A stretch of DNA of 64,000 nt from Elsinoe ampelina (taxonomy: Eukaryota), in the NCBI GenBank assembly GCA_010093995.1, contig ML992522.1, forward strand, positions 1 through 64,000, given 5' to 3'. A program made the position numbers and the translations under genes. Position 1 is the stretch's first letter. Every line of letters starts with the position of its first letter. The notes beneath the pieces are model-generated. The model was not told the origin of the DNA. It saw only the letters and a list, made by a program, of their open reading frames with translations, and searched no databases. Below, piece by piece: positions 24,810-38,467 of this stretch.

Positions 24810-27609
24810 TCATAACATAATCAGGCCAACCGCTAGACCCATGCCCGTCAGCCACGACGTACACTTCCCTCCCATCCTACCAGCAGCTCCGATCACTTCC
24901 GTCTGGGAAGCACTGGCGGGTTCCGTAGCCGCCTTCCGAGCTGTATACCCATCCAGTCCCGCCGTGTAAGCACTCCTCATGGCTGCCCTCGTCTCCGTGG
25001 CCGACCAAGTCGTCGACCCCTTCCCCGTCCCGCTCATCTTCGCTACCATCATCACCCTCCCTCCGATCGTCATCGCTCCTCCACGGACATCGGCCATCTC
25101 TAATGTCCTCGAACCCACAATCAGCCCGGAAGAACCGTAAGCCACTCTCACCCCATCCACCTCCCTTTGCTCCCCGAACCGCACCATCACACCATCGACC
25201 ATTATAGCCTCCGGCAAATCCCCGTCCGGGCCCTTCGCCGCGCCCTCCCCAGCACGCACGTCCGCGCCAGTCTCACCACCAGGGCTAGTCGAGGAAGGAC
25301 GCACAACTAGCTCTCCCCCATCAGGAAGACGAATCAGGCTCAAGCCCTCACCTCGCAAGGGCACACGGTACACCTGACCTCCAATCTGGATCCCAGCAGG
25401 CGTGTAGGCTACCTGCACACTACCTCGTCCAGAGAGCAGAGGGACCGCGACACTGGAATGGAGCGGAATGAGGTGGCCGTTGATCACCAGTGCAGGTGGA
25501 GTGCCGGGACGGCCTGCGGTGTCCACATCACCAGGTCGAGCGGGGGATGCGGGATCGTCCGCGGTACCGGACTGTCCCGGTCGATCGGCAGGGTTTGCGG
25601 CTGCGTTTGATCCTGAAGAGCCGGGTGTGATGATGACTGGAAGAATGGGAAGGGAGGAGATTGGGATCCCCTCTGAGGCCGCTGGATCGAAGACAGCAGG
25701 GTCAGTGTTGGATGATGTGGGACCTGGGGATGGTGCAGCGTTGATCATGGAGACGATCAGACCGCTGATATTTGGTGACTGGTGGACATCTGGCACTGTA
25801 TCTTGGTGGGACCCGGAGTTGAAGCCGGGTCAGCTCCGGAGCCCGGAGAAGCATGAGAGTCAGCATTCGATCCGGATCCTGGTAGGGGGTCTGCATTGGA
25901 ATGCCCGTCGCTGGAGGAATCGTGAACACCCTGATCGCTGGAGTCAGAGCTACCGGTTCCATGACTTCCTTTGCCAGATCCAGTCCCACCCTCTCCAGGT
26001 AAATATGTTGGCACAGTTACCGCCTGGGGTTTTCCGGTCCGTGTGGCTGGCGTCTGCGGTCGCGGCGAAGGCGAAGCAGGATCCAGAGTGACAGCTGCAG
26101 GGATAGTCATGACCGGCTTCGGGGCAGCAGCTGGGGTAGTCAAGACAGGTGCTCTGGTCAGCAGCTGTGGCGGGTCGTATATGCCACCGTTGTACATGCC
26201 AAAGTCGCAGTCGTACTCTGGTTCCTTGCCTGGGTACAGGCTCGACAAGACTGTCGAGAAGTACTCCGGCCAAGCGAGTATCGGCCTGTATTGATATCTC
26301 AATTCATCGACTGCGCGGCACTTGTCGTCGTCATAGGCCGATTGGAAGATTTTGGTGTAAGTCCTTGTTGCATTGCCAGTGAGGAGGGAAGAGCACCCAT
26401 GGGCACAAGCCCAGGCTGACCATGGAAGTTCACCATACAGATCTCGGAAATTGTATGGCACGGTCGTGGCACCGACTCGACAGACACTGTGAACATCTTC
26501 CTTCTTGAACGTAAGATAGGTGGTCTCTTTCGCCCAGGTGCTGGATACGGTACCTGAGCCGTAGTTAAAGGTCAGATTATTGTACATCACGTAGGCTGAG
26601 GGCGCAATGAATGTTTGCCCGTTGATTATGACACTGCTAGGCTCTTCTGGTAGCACGGGTGCGACAGTCGTAGGAGGATGTGAGCCAGAAGGAGCACATA
26701 TCGCTGCATTCTCATCTGCCTGGTCCTGAACTGCAATGTTTAGGTCAACACAAGTCCTCTACTTCTCCCTCCTGGAGCAGACTCACAGTAGTACAGATGG
26801 GCGGTCCCAATGTTGAAGGTACAGCTGGGCAGCCGCGGATTCGATCGCCCATACACATAGAGACATGCGGACCGTGCGTCCCATGGCAACACCTCCTGTG
26901 GCGGTTGGTACGGTAAGGCTTTGACGAAATCGTTATACTGCGTTCCGCGTCTTGAGTATGAGTTATACATCCTGTCATATTCGTCGTAAATCGAGCGTAC
27001 CGGCTCGCAACTCTGGGCCAATGCGGTCCAGTCGAGAGAGCAAGACGCTGAGCCAGCAGTCAAGTACCGTCCCAGACTCCGGGTATTGCCATGCACGGTG
27101 ATCCGGTCCATGGTGAGGCTACTATTACCAGGTACGCCGCCGGAGAATGTTCGACGAGGCATACCGTCACAGCCAGTGGTGGTGAACTCATTTGCATAAT
27201 AAGTGGAGTATAGGCCTGATTCTCCGGTATAGTCAGTCCATGTCACCGATGGGATGAACGTTGAGTTAGCAGTCCGGTCGAAAGATCCCGAGGCAGCAGC
27301 GCAGTTGAAGAGAGACAGTATCTTCTCGCGATCCTGTGGTGGCACCTGAGGTAGCAAAGAAGCCAGGTCCATGCTGTATGGACCCCATGTGGTGGTTATG
27401 GATGGCGGTGGCCGAATCCTTGCGTTAACCTGTGATGTCGTGGTCGTCGTGATTCGCTCTTCCTCTAGACCAGAAGTCAGCGGAAAAGGGAGCGGAGCCT
27501 TGTCGCTGGCTTGTCTCTCTTCCAGGGCGACTGGAGCGTGTAACCATTTTTGCTGCTCCCCTGTCACACGTCTAGCCGCAAGCAACCACAACACATGATG
27601 CAGGAACAT
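24810..27609 (-). CDS. Putative secreted/GPI-anchored Cys-containing protein with Pro/Gly/Ser/Thr-rich C-terminal half
   Basis: Signal-peptide-like N terminus; intron 26786-26731 joins ORFs in frame; hydrophobic C-terminal tail (GMGLAVGLIML). A frame change near 25800-25950 needs either an intron or a 1-nt indel. Confidence 0.65.
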
Positions 27610-28452
27610 GTCGATCGAATCTCACAAAATATGAAAGGTCCCATACCTATCCTGGTGCCGACGATGAACTATAAAGGTCAAAGCAGCTGCTGCACGCGTC
27701 TTGGATCATCGGTTACCAGGCAGAATAGAGCCAATTCCAGCTGGAATTTAGACTGCGGAAATGTTGGCGTGCAATCTTATCAAGTGCTTGTATTATACAA
27801 AGATGCGTGGGTTTGGTGTGCGGGTGGCGCCATAGCCGCCCACGCCGCTTTATTCACAAATCGCCCTCCAATTTAGGCTGCGATGAGATCCAATCATGAT
27901 TCGAAGAGAGAGATGAGAGTCAGATCCATCTGGGGACGAATGTGTCTCCCGGTGAACTACAGACTAGCGTCCCTTTCGGCTGTAGGTAGTCTGGTGTAAA
28001 TTAGATTGAAGCTGAACAAGGTCCAGACTGCGCTTGTCAAGATCGGCAAGAGTTATAGATGTGATAAGTCCAACATTTTTAGATGCTAGATGAAGAGGTT
28101 GTGCGGCATCGCTCCTAGACATGAGTGACTTGGAAGATGCCTTTTAGCCTATTCAGCTTGCGATTGGAGCCTCACAATTTCGCATCACGTGACATCATTT
28201 GTTTTTGTAGCGCTGTTTGAAGAAGGACAACCTTTAAAGATTGGTCATAACAGTAGAACCTGTATAGTCTTCCTAGAAGCCCTCCCTCGCAAGGTATCCC
28301 ATCGTGAAAGCTTCCCAAATCCCCACCTTGAACACCAACCCATGACGCCGAGCCATCTAATTCTCCCATGAACAGTAGACATTACAAATGGGCGACCCAG
28401 TACTCATAATCATGATCATCCTCGTCCAAGTCATCAAGCGTCCAACCGATCT

Positions 28453-30614
28453 CTACAACCCAGAATCGATCTGATCAACCACATTATGATTGGTCCACTT
28501 CCACCAATCCCTACAAGTCTGCGCCATGACCATGGGGATCTCCCGCTCGCTGATATCCTTCGGCCTCTCCATGATATTGACATACAGTCCACCCTGGAAC
28601 ACATGTTAGCACTTTTCTCTCCACGACTACTTTCCCACAAAGAACTCACCGAAACATGCCACGCAATATGGCAATGCAGCGGCCACACACCCGGGTTGTC
28701 CGCCCTGATCTGCAACACGATGTAAGCCGGCTCGACCTCCCCCGGCTGACCACCAGGCAATGCCCTCGCGGCCTGCACAAGCTGCGTGTCTCTCCTCTGC
28801 GGGTTGCCTGCGTTCACCACATGGCCGTCCCACTTCCCGTATCCTTCTGCCAGCACGAATACATTGTGTCCATGCATGTGCATGGGGTGGGGACCGAATC
28901 GGAAGTAATTGTAGATGACCAGTCGGATGGAACTGTTGCTGCCGAAGTTGTACACGTTACGTTCGGCGGCGAATTTGGTCTTGCCGAGTTTGGCTTCGAG
29001 CAGGACGGGGTCGTTGAAGTCGCCGCGGAAGGTTTGGTTGTTCATGGTCCATAGTGAGAAGCCGGTCGCGTTGGTTTGGAGGGCGATGTTGATGTCTTGA
29101 GTGGTTGGGGGCGAGGGGTCGGGGGTATACTTGAAGTATGGCTTGGTCAAGGAGAGATCGTCGTTGCCGCAGTGTGCCTTCTGCTCGGGAGTGACGGAGG
29201 TGTTGGTTGTAGGGAGGGCGGAGGTGTTGGCGCGGTCGTAGTATACAACCGCTGCGGCGCCGGTCACGAGGGTAGGCGAGCAGATGATGTCGGCCCGCAT
29301 ATAGACGGCCGAGTTGGAGGGCAGCTTGGCTTCCACGATGATGTCGGTGCGTTGGCCGACGCCGAGAGTGATGACGTTGGTGGTGTAAGGCTCGATCTGG
29401 ACAAAGTCGTTGGCGATGACGGTAAGGGTGTGGTTGTCAATAGAGAACTTGTAGGTGGCGTCGGCAGAAGAATTGATGATTCGCAGGCGGTGCTTCTTGC
29501 CGGTGCGGAATTTGAACTTTGAGACACCAGCATTGGGGGTGCAGCGGCCTTTACCTTTGCAGGCGTAGTTCATCTTGCCGTTGATGAGGACGTTGTCGGA
29601 GACTGGTGGACCAGCGCCAGGAGTCATGACCTGCTTGACGAGGTCGCGGTAGTCGGCGTGGTACCAGTCCTGGAGCATGACTGGGCCAAGATCGTAATCG
29701 TAGCGAGCATTGTTGGGGCCGTGGATGATCATGGGACCAAGAGCACCGCCGGCGTATTGACCGGAGTAGTGGGAGTGATACCAGGATGAGCCGTAGAGAT
29801 CGGCGCGGAAGCGGTAAGTGAACGAGCTACCCGGAGCAATTGGACATTGCATGACTGAAGGCACACCATCGTAGTACGGAGTATCCTTTTGCAGAAACCC
29901 ATGCCAGTGGAGAGCAGTACCTTCTGCGAGCCTGTTGATGACCTTGACCTCGATCCAGTCACCCCAGTTGGCCTCGATCATGGGCCCTGGAAACTGACCA
30001 TTGATGACGATACCCGGCTTGGAGACACCATCAGGAGCAATGATCTTCTCATCTACGACAAAGGTGTAATGGCGAGTACGTCCAGTGTTGGGTACTCCTC
30101 CGTCCAGATCATAATAATTTGTTGTTCGTGCATTGCGATCACCCCACGGTGTGCCAGCGACGATAGGGGTGCCGTCACCGCTGATGAACTCGGCAAAGGT
30201 AGGAGCGTCCAGTGTTCCCCATGTAGATTCTCCGTTGGTAACTTGTTGCGGGAGGGCGGGGTCTGTAGTGTTGGTGTTCTGTGCAACGACCACAGGGGTA
30301 TCGAAGTTGGCCCTTGCTTCGGCAACCGCAATTGGCGTCACAATGGGTGGCACAACTGCAAGGTCGGCCGGATCTGGTGGGGTCGTATCGATGACAAGGG
30401 TGGGAGTCTTTGGAGGGTCTACGACAGTTTCGATACCCGCTTCGCTGAAGGCAGCTTTCGCGTCACCAACATTTGTGAACTCGGCGGCAAGGGCGTCTGT
30501 GCTAGGTGTGTCTTGACGACGGCGGAGGGTGTCGGCCTGGGGGACTGCAGCCACCGAAGGCACGGCGAGAAGGATCGACAAGGCCCCTACGAGCCATGCT
30601 TGTCTGGAGAACAT
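28453..30614 (-). CDS. Laccase-like multicopper oxidase (AA1), secreted, 2 exons
   Basis: Signal peptide; copper motifs [29 protein letters not shown]; intron 28649-28594; C-terminal DSGL typical of ascomycete laccases. Confidence 0.95.
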
Positions 30615-32368
30615 GTTGGTAACTGCCTCAAAGAACCGCAGTCACGACAAGTCGAGAAGTGATCTTGGGGGAATGATGAGAAGGAAAACGAGACATGGAA
30701 GGAAACGTGCTCAAATATACGTCCACGATACACCGCCGCATCTCAAAATAGCAAATTGTAGTCCCATGGCCGTCAGCAGCAAATTCGGGATCAAGGTGGC
30801 TCGGGATGAAGGCAATAGTCAAGGTGTTGCTGATCAGAAGGCACAGGTCACAACTATCGAATCCATCTCGTGAGAATGGTTCCGACGAATGAAGAGCGCA
30901 GAAGCGTGGTTGGAGAGCATTGACCGCATCTGATGGAATGGGGTAGTCAGAAATGTACTGTAGCAATATTGCGCCTGACATGATGAGTTTGGCGTTCCAT
31001 AGGGGCCTATCCATTGCCTAGGGGTCCGCAAATCTGGTAGTCATCTTCGGTCGACGGTGGTAGCCGCTTAGTCGACCCAAGAAAAAAGACGAGTACGAGA
31101 TGCGGGACGAGAGGCGAGCGGGAGGATGAGTCTGCCCGTGCTCGGTATGCCCACCGACGTGCAGGGCGAAGGACCCAATGGTATGTCGGCGCAGTTATCG
31201 TCCAAGAGATGCCATGGTGCAGCATCTCGTCTATCCGACCATAGTGCTGTATCCTATCGAACGCCCGCTTGGTGCACGAGAAATGTCACAACATGGCGTC
31301 GGGACGTGCTAGACCCCAATCAGGTGTCTTGTGCAACACGGGCAGCATGGCAGGGTGTGTAGGGCAAGCCGCGCGCTTGTTAGGCAGGTGATCGTATGCC
31401 GAATGAAGTCAGATGATGTTGCGCGCCCGCAACTGCCGCCTGGCAGTGGAGTACTGTAAGCTCTTCGGTGAGATGATGATAAATGACAGAGCAAGCATGG
31501 GTCGTGTGCTGTCAACCCACCGGCGGTGCTGGCGGCGCCGGTATGAACCGAGTGTGGAACCACGGTAGGGCAAACAAAGCCCAGCCACCGCGGGAAAGGC
31601 GTGTCATCCACGCGTGAGCTTAGGTACGAAATGAGAAAGGCATGGTCTGGTCAGAATTTTAAAGATAGTAGTGTCGGATCGAAAAGGAAGAATAGAACGA
31701 GCTGCAGCCCGAGTCAGCAATTCTCGTCCATCACTGCACCTGGTCAGCCGCACGCCGAAAATGGCAATGTAGGATTCGATTGGACAGAGCTTGACTCGGC
31801 AATACGAACAGAGGAGTCTTCATCTTTGCCTGTGTTGGTTCGTTAGGGATCCAGCAGTCTGGTACACAAGGACGTGCAGTCGCATCATGCCTGCATCTTC
31901 GCTTCGTGAGCCGAAAGCATGTCGCGTGTCGTGTGGCGGTGAAGGTGAGCCAAAGCACCCATCGATAACGGAGAAATCAACATTCCATTATCGTGCGGAA
32001 GGAGACGCACTGCAGCCCAATAAGATTGACAGCATGGCAAAGAGGAAAATTCGCCAAGTCATGCGTTCTCGTTGGAAATTTATCGGAGAGTGACAGGACT
32101 TGTGGAAGTCGTGTACAGGCAGCTAAGATTCTCACAAGCATCCTACCTTCTGGTAAGATTATCTTTGTCCTCGAGCCTAGAACCCAAGCAGTCGTGACAA
32201 TCCCCGTTGAGGTCGGGGTCGATGCCGTAAGCCACCGATTACTATTCTTGGTTCAAAACTCGCCGCCTGTAAGGTCGACTGCCTTTGCACATAGTGGTAA
32301 GCCAGGCAATCTATTGCTTTTCTTCTAGACTACCACTCTCCAGTCTGCCTGCTGCAGGATCACCATTG

Positions 32369-35016
32369 TTATCTCGTAAACACCTTGACCACACCGTCGC
32401 CGCCAGCGCTCACTACATAACGGCCATCTTGGCTCCATACTACGCTGCAGACGCCTTCTCCGCGCATGGGTCGATGGCTCGTAATGTCCTGCGTGCATAT
32501 CCGTTTGTCCAATGACCAGAATCGGATACTAGCATCGTGACCTGCCGAGACTGCTTCGTGACCGTCAGGCGACAATGATAGCGATGAGATGGCAGAAGGA
32601 TGGGCAAGCATGGTGTAAGTACATTGTCCTGCTCGTCGTCAGTATTTTGTACCCAAGTGCTATTAGGCAATTACACTCACCACTGTTGGCATCGAAGAAG
32701 CGGATGTATCTGTCTTCGTGCCCAGAGACAATAACCCCTTCCACGCCTTGCGCACTGCCCGTTGGGCCTGCGCCTACGGGCTCCTCCTGCTCTTCTGACC
32801 AGGAATTGGTACCTTCGTTACCATGTCCTGCAGTGCTAGTCGCCACAATCGTGTTGATGCTGGTAGCCAACGTTCCGTCATATGTCTCATTACTAGCCAT
32901 TCCAATGACTTCCTCGCCCGTCCGCGTGTCGTATATTAGTATACAAGAATCTGTGTAGGACACGACAAATTTGTCCCCATTGGGACTCAGAGGGCATATA
33001 CAAGTCGGTGTGGTGAGCGTTTCTGTGTTCCGCGAGATGCTGTGGACAAGCGTGTAATTGAATGGTGTATTCGTGGCCGTGTTTGGCTGAGGCGAGCTGG
33101 GATGGTTGGATCCAGAAGTCACTGAATGGCGACGACTTCCACCGACGCCTCGCCGACTGGCTTGTTGTGGTGCTGCTAGATGTGGAGGAGCGCTAACGGC
33201 CCAGACCTTGACCGTCCCGTCTGCTGAGCCTGAGACGAGAAGGATCCTGTCAGATCCGCCAAATTGTGAGCTTTGTTGGCCAAAGACGTTGCCGCAAGTA
33301 CCCGGTAAGACGCACACACTCCATACTGCGTCTGTATGGCCATCGAGGGTCGCCTTGGGATCTACTCGACCTCGCTCCCAAACTCGAACAGTGGCATCTT
33401 GACCACCTGACAAAATCCATCCGTCTCCAGAGGCTCGCCCGCCGGTTGAAAACGAGCTGGAAGGGCAAGCAGCAAGAGAAGTGATGATGCCTTCGTGGCC
33501 GCGATGGGTGAAGTATGACGAGATGTCCAGATCGTTGAGTACATGCGTGTTCTGCACGTGACCATAACTTGCAGGAATGATCCATCTTTTGATCATGCCG
33601 TCATCTCCGGTAGTGCAGATCTCGGGTTCTGAAGGGCTACCTCCACCTGTGAAAATGACAGATCTCACCACATCGAGGTGACCTCGGAGAGCGAACTTGA
33701 CCTTGAAAATTGATGGGTCTTGCCTGTTAGACACGTCAACACCGCTATCGTGCGTCTCTTGCGATCCAGTGCTTCTACGTCTACCAGAATTGGAGGCACC
33801 CGATGATCGTCTCCGATGCGACCCGGGTCCAGCTCGCGGAGGTGATTTAGCAGCGAGAGCACCAGCACTGGGGAATGCATCGGTGTCCGGGCGTCGTGGT
33901 ATTGGTGCTTCCACATTTGGTTGCTCAGACACGACTTGAGGATCGCTAAAGTTCCACCCACCACTTTCTTCTGCCTGTCGCGCGGGAGATTGTGGTTCCT
34001 CAGCACCGACTGGTCTGCTCATCGGGTCGTACATCTGATTGGTCTTCTCTTGGGAATGCTCGTTTGATTGAGGATGAGAATTAGGTAGGCGAGGGAGCGC
34101 TTCTGGTTGGGACACGCTCACGCGAGGTATTTGCTGCGCGTATTGGTTCTCTTGCGCGCCATACCCATGGTCCATATTCGGCATAGAGTTGGGCATTGTA
34201 TCAGCACCCCGCTGTACTGGCATATTCTGGTGATTGTGGAACTCGGTTTGGGCGGCAAGATTATTTTGGGCGTTCTGCATGTTCTGTCGTTGTCGAGCAT
34301 AGTGCTCCTGTAGAACTGCAGCTGGTGGTTCGAGTATACCAGGTAGTTGGCCGTTTGGCAATGTGGCTTGCGGCGGCGCATGGGTCGCAGGGGTCAAGAG
34401 ATATTGTATCTCCTGCATACATTTCTCAAGGTATTTTCTTGACTTGTCTCGTTCTTGATCTCGTTCCTCCGGGGTCAATTCAGGTTGGACCAAGTTCTCA
34501 AGGATTGCCGTCGGATCAGGCACTGGAAGTATCATAAGCGTCCATACAGAGATGGAGCCTCTTGAGATGCTATGCTTACCTTTTGTGTCCTTCTTGTTGT
34601 CTGAAGCATCTTTGTCTGTCGCTTTCGAGGGTGTCTTCGCTGGCGACAAGGCTACATTATCTGCAGCTTTGTCCTTGTTGCGTACCCGCTCGTTCTTCAA
34701 GGCGAGCTCTAGCATCTTGATCTGTCGTTCTAATTGTTCATTGAGTCGTCTAGAGTGCCGCAGCTCGCCTTCTTGTTTAGCAATTTTTGACTTCATCTCT
34801 GCCCTTTCAATGTCCCACGCATTTCTGGCGCGCTCGTGACTGTGCCATTCCAGCTGGAGAAATCGCATGACCCCTGCGCATTTAGATCAGCACAATGTCC
34901 CCTCTGTGTCGCGCCAAATGGTGCCTACCTTGAAGTGTATACTCGGTTCCCTGAGGTACATGGTCGGGTCCTCCTGGTGGACCTCCTCCCATCCCACCCA
35001 CCTGCTGGTATGCCAT
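32369..35016 (-). CDS. pro11: Striatin (STRIPAK scaffold; PRO11/StrA), WD40 C terminus, multi-exon
   Basis: [33 protein letters not shown] striatin N domain and coiled coil; WD repeats ([29 protein letters not shown]). Confidence 0.95.
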
Positions 35017-35528
35017 GACGGCGCCAACAATGGGCCTTTATTGCACCGCTGTATGGCCTTCTTATCGCATATCGATCCGTGTTGGGTTACCAGGTGTGTG
35101 GCCGTTTGCGCGACCTCGTGTGCCGGCGGTCTCGTGGCATGCGATCCGCGGCTGTCGATTGGGCCAAAGCGCTGATCTTCTTTGTGGTCAGGAATTGAGC
35201 AAAAGAAGGCAAGGATTGCGCAGAGGGTGAATAGTACAGGTCTTGGAGCAGCGTTGGTGATGGTTTCGGGTCTTGTCGAGTTGCTTGGGATTGACTGTTT
35301 GACACTTCTGACGGCTGGCCTAGCCGCAAAAGTCGGAGCTTTGACCACATTCGAATTGATTGGTCCATCAGGTACACATCGACTTCTTCACATGATTGTC
35401 ATGACATGGGAAACTTGCTGCAGCACCCTGGCATCTTCATACGCGGACTTCATGAACATCTGATATCATTCGAGATATGCATCTTAGAATACTGTGCGAC
35501 GGAGCACTGACGACTGTGGGTCTGTGCG

Positions 35529-36368
35529 ATGGCAAAGTCAAGTAGAAGGAAAAGTCTGTCATCTGGTCGCCCCGGTATCTCAAAGCCAACGCCGCCAAAG
35601 CTGTCGGCCAAAGCTGGGAGGACGATCATTCGATCGCATCACCAGTTGAACAAAGCTTTGGATGTAGCTCTCAGGACAGGCGACAGTGCAAAAGCCGAGC
35701 AGCTCAGAAGACAGATCAATGAGCAAGGTGGACTCTCGTCCTACCAACATGCGAGTCTCATGGGCCAGAGTGATGAGCGTGGAGGTGACAGCTCGAAGGT
35801 TTTGGTCGATTGGGTGAAGACACGAATCAAGGAACGGATGTCTCCTCTCAAGGTTCTGGAAGTGGGCGCCCTCTCGACATCCAATGCTTGTTCGCGGTGG
35901 AAGATGATGGATGTGACTCGCATTGACCTGCACTCTCAGCAACCAGGAATCAAACAACAAGACTTTATGGATCGCCCCTTACCAGCAACCAGTGAGGACA
36001 GATTCGATATCATCTCTCTCTCGCTTGTACTGAACTATGTACCAGACAAGGAAGGCCGAGGGCGGATGTTACAGAGGTCATGCGAATTTCTCCACGACGC
36101 AGCGACGAACCAGGCGCATGAGTGGCAACCGTGTCTGTTCTTGGTCTTGCCTGCACCTTGTATCCTGAATTCGCGATACATGACCGAGCAACATCTCACT
36201 GCCATCATGCGCGCACTGGGCTATGAATTGCTTGAGCAGAAGACAACGTCAAAGCTGCACTACTCGCTCTGGACGCTCCCCTCAAAATCACATGGTCAAC
36301 AAATCCACATCAGGCGCAAAGAGTTGAATCCAGGCGCAAGCAGAAACAACTTTTCAATCGTCTTATGA
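35529..36368 (+). CDS. BMT2: 25S rRNA adenine-N1 methyltransferase
   Basis: GGLSSYQHAS, RGGDSSKVLV, LEVGALS, QQDFM, SLSLVLNYVP, RNNFSIVL; single 279-aa ORF. Confidence 0.92.
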   Translation: MAKSSRRKSLSSGRPGISKPTPPKLSAKAGRTIIRSHHQLNKALDVALRTGDSAKAEQLRRQINEQGGLSSYQHASLMGQSDERGGDSSKVLVDWVKTRIKERMSPLKVLEVGALSTSNACSRWKMMDVTRIDLHSQQPGIKQQDFMDRPLPATSEDRFDIISLSLVLNYVPDKEGRGRMLQRSCEFLHDAATNQAHEWQPCLFLVLPAPCILNSRYMTEQHLTAIMRALGYELLEQKTTSKLHYSLWTLPSKSHGQQIHIRRKELNPGASRNNFSIVL

Positions 36369-38467
36369 ACGGAGAACAGATGACTTGGAATTTTGGCCGC
36401 AAAGGAACGTGTCCGCCATCCTTCATGCCGACAGAGAGACCAGGCAAAAGTCGGTTGATAGTGGATGATCTGGCAAGGCCGCGAGTGACGAATCTGATAT
36501 GATGGAGTTCCTATCATCTCCTTGCCCCGTGGTCTGTTTCATGTTGATTCGGGGGACGCGGGTGCCAAGATGAGGATTTGCATAGTCAAAATGACCACAT
36601 CTCCCCAACATCACCTGTTGGCGACTCAGGTCTCTGATATCGGATAACAGGAATATGTACGCGGGCAACACAGTTCCATCAGCATGACCGCTGATTTAGG
36701 TTGCCGTGGCGGCTTCCCTGTACGTGCAATCGGTGTGGCATGATGTAGTCGTGCAAGCCCGGAATTGGTCTAAATCTTGACGCAGTAGGGCCTTTGTCAA
36801 ATTTTAAAATAGCATACGCTTCCCGACTACAGATTGCAACACGCGTTAGACACATGCTCGCCAGCAATGGTGTGTCACAGGAAGAGTGATTCGAGGTCGC
36901 ACCAAGGACTTCACTTTTGGTCGGGCTACAGCTCGTCTCGCACCATCACCCATCTGCTTGCATTTCTGGGTGAAAAATTATCATCGGCACAGAAACGAGA
37001 TAGCGGGACTGGTGGAGCCATGCCTGGGACCCATCAGAAGCTCCGGATAGGATGGAACGGACCAAGCGGACTAGCGCTAGAAGACCTCGTGGCAGGTCGT
37101 GAGAAAAAGTGGAGAGCCCGGTCGTTTGGAAGACCAAAAAGATCTGCCTTGGACCTTTGACAGTGGTTCTGCACAAGGTAGAACAGACAGTATTGGTGTA
37201 CAGCGAGCATAGCACGAGGACAAGGACAACAAGCTGATGTCGGACAGAGACGTCGCCTGACCACAATCAGCAGACAACGACATACTGTATTCACAGAGGG
37301 CAGAGCGGGCGTGTCGTCGCGGATAAAAATAATAAAGCCCGGGGAGAACGAAATGAGATGACCACGACGGCCAAGGGGGCCCTTCCTTGTGGGCTTCAAC
37401 TGTAAATTGCACTTTTTTGGCTTCGAAATGATGGCAAGGCTCAAGCGTCTTGTGGTGTGTGAGAGTCTGCAAAGTGCTTGTCCCCGTGTCTGTGCGCCTT
37501 GCTCCTGACCATCACTGCTGCATGAAGAATAGAGAAGAAAGAGCTGGTGCTGTAACTTGAACTTAGCCCGCTCTCGTCGACAAGCTCATGAGGCTTTTTT
37601 TCTCACCGAGCAGCCACCCATGATCCATATTGCTTCTGATCCACAAACGTCTCTCGGTCAAGCCCATCGTCTACTCGTCTGCTCGTCTAACTTGTCTCTC
37701 CCTACCCGCGTGTCTCGAACGACTTTGTGTCGACTGCTGGTCGCGATATTCGCCCTTGAGTCAGCTTCATAAGAGTCAGTGCGCTGCTCAGTCGAATGCC
37801 GGATAGCGGATCTCGTCGTGGTCATTAGTCTCCCGTAAAAAACCACTTTCGACCCTCGCACCACGCTCGAACCAAGCAAAGCACGCTCGCACGCTCGCAC
37901 CACATTTCAGAACGCCCGCGTCCGCAACGGTCTTGTCCTCTCTCTTCTCACCGCCAACAATCTCGCACGATTGCTGTAAGTATCCATCCCACCTGCTTGA
38001 CCCCGTAGACGGTCGCGCTGACTTTTCTCTCCGTCGGCAGTGATAACCACAAGACCTTCTCGCCGGCCGCGACTCGCTCAATCACGCGCTGGCTTCCATT
38101 CCTTTGTCGCCCGTCCCCTAACGAGAAACACGCCCCTCGACGACATTCTTGAAGCTTGACAAAAGTTTCTGAAAGAGAAGAATCACGACCAGACGATCCG
38201 CATTTGCACATACACTCCACCCACGACCACTCTCCCATCATACACGGCCGTTTGCAGATTGTTCTTCCCCGGCAATACATTTGGTCCACAGAAGAAGCTG
38301 CAGCAGGAAAAACGCTTCCACCGGCGACTGTTGCATTCACACGAGACACTGCTGACCCAGTCTCGCGACTCGACTCGGCTGCCGTAACGTCCTTGGTCTG
38401 CTCGACCTAGCTTCATCCCCACGACAACTCGACTTCATACTCTACCCATCTCTATTTCCACAGAGTC

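Noticed and set aside
30615..32368. Short ORFs upstream of the laccase
   Set aside because: No homology cues or consistent splice model; treated as promoter/intergenic.
36369..38467. Possible ncRNA or small genes in the 2-kb gap before PIN4/Cip2
   Set aside because: Pyrimidine-rich leader typical of long 5' UTRs of regulatory genes; no tRNA or snoRNA structure recognised.
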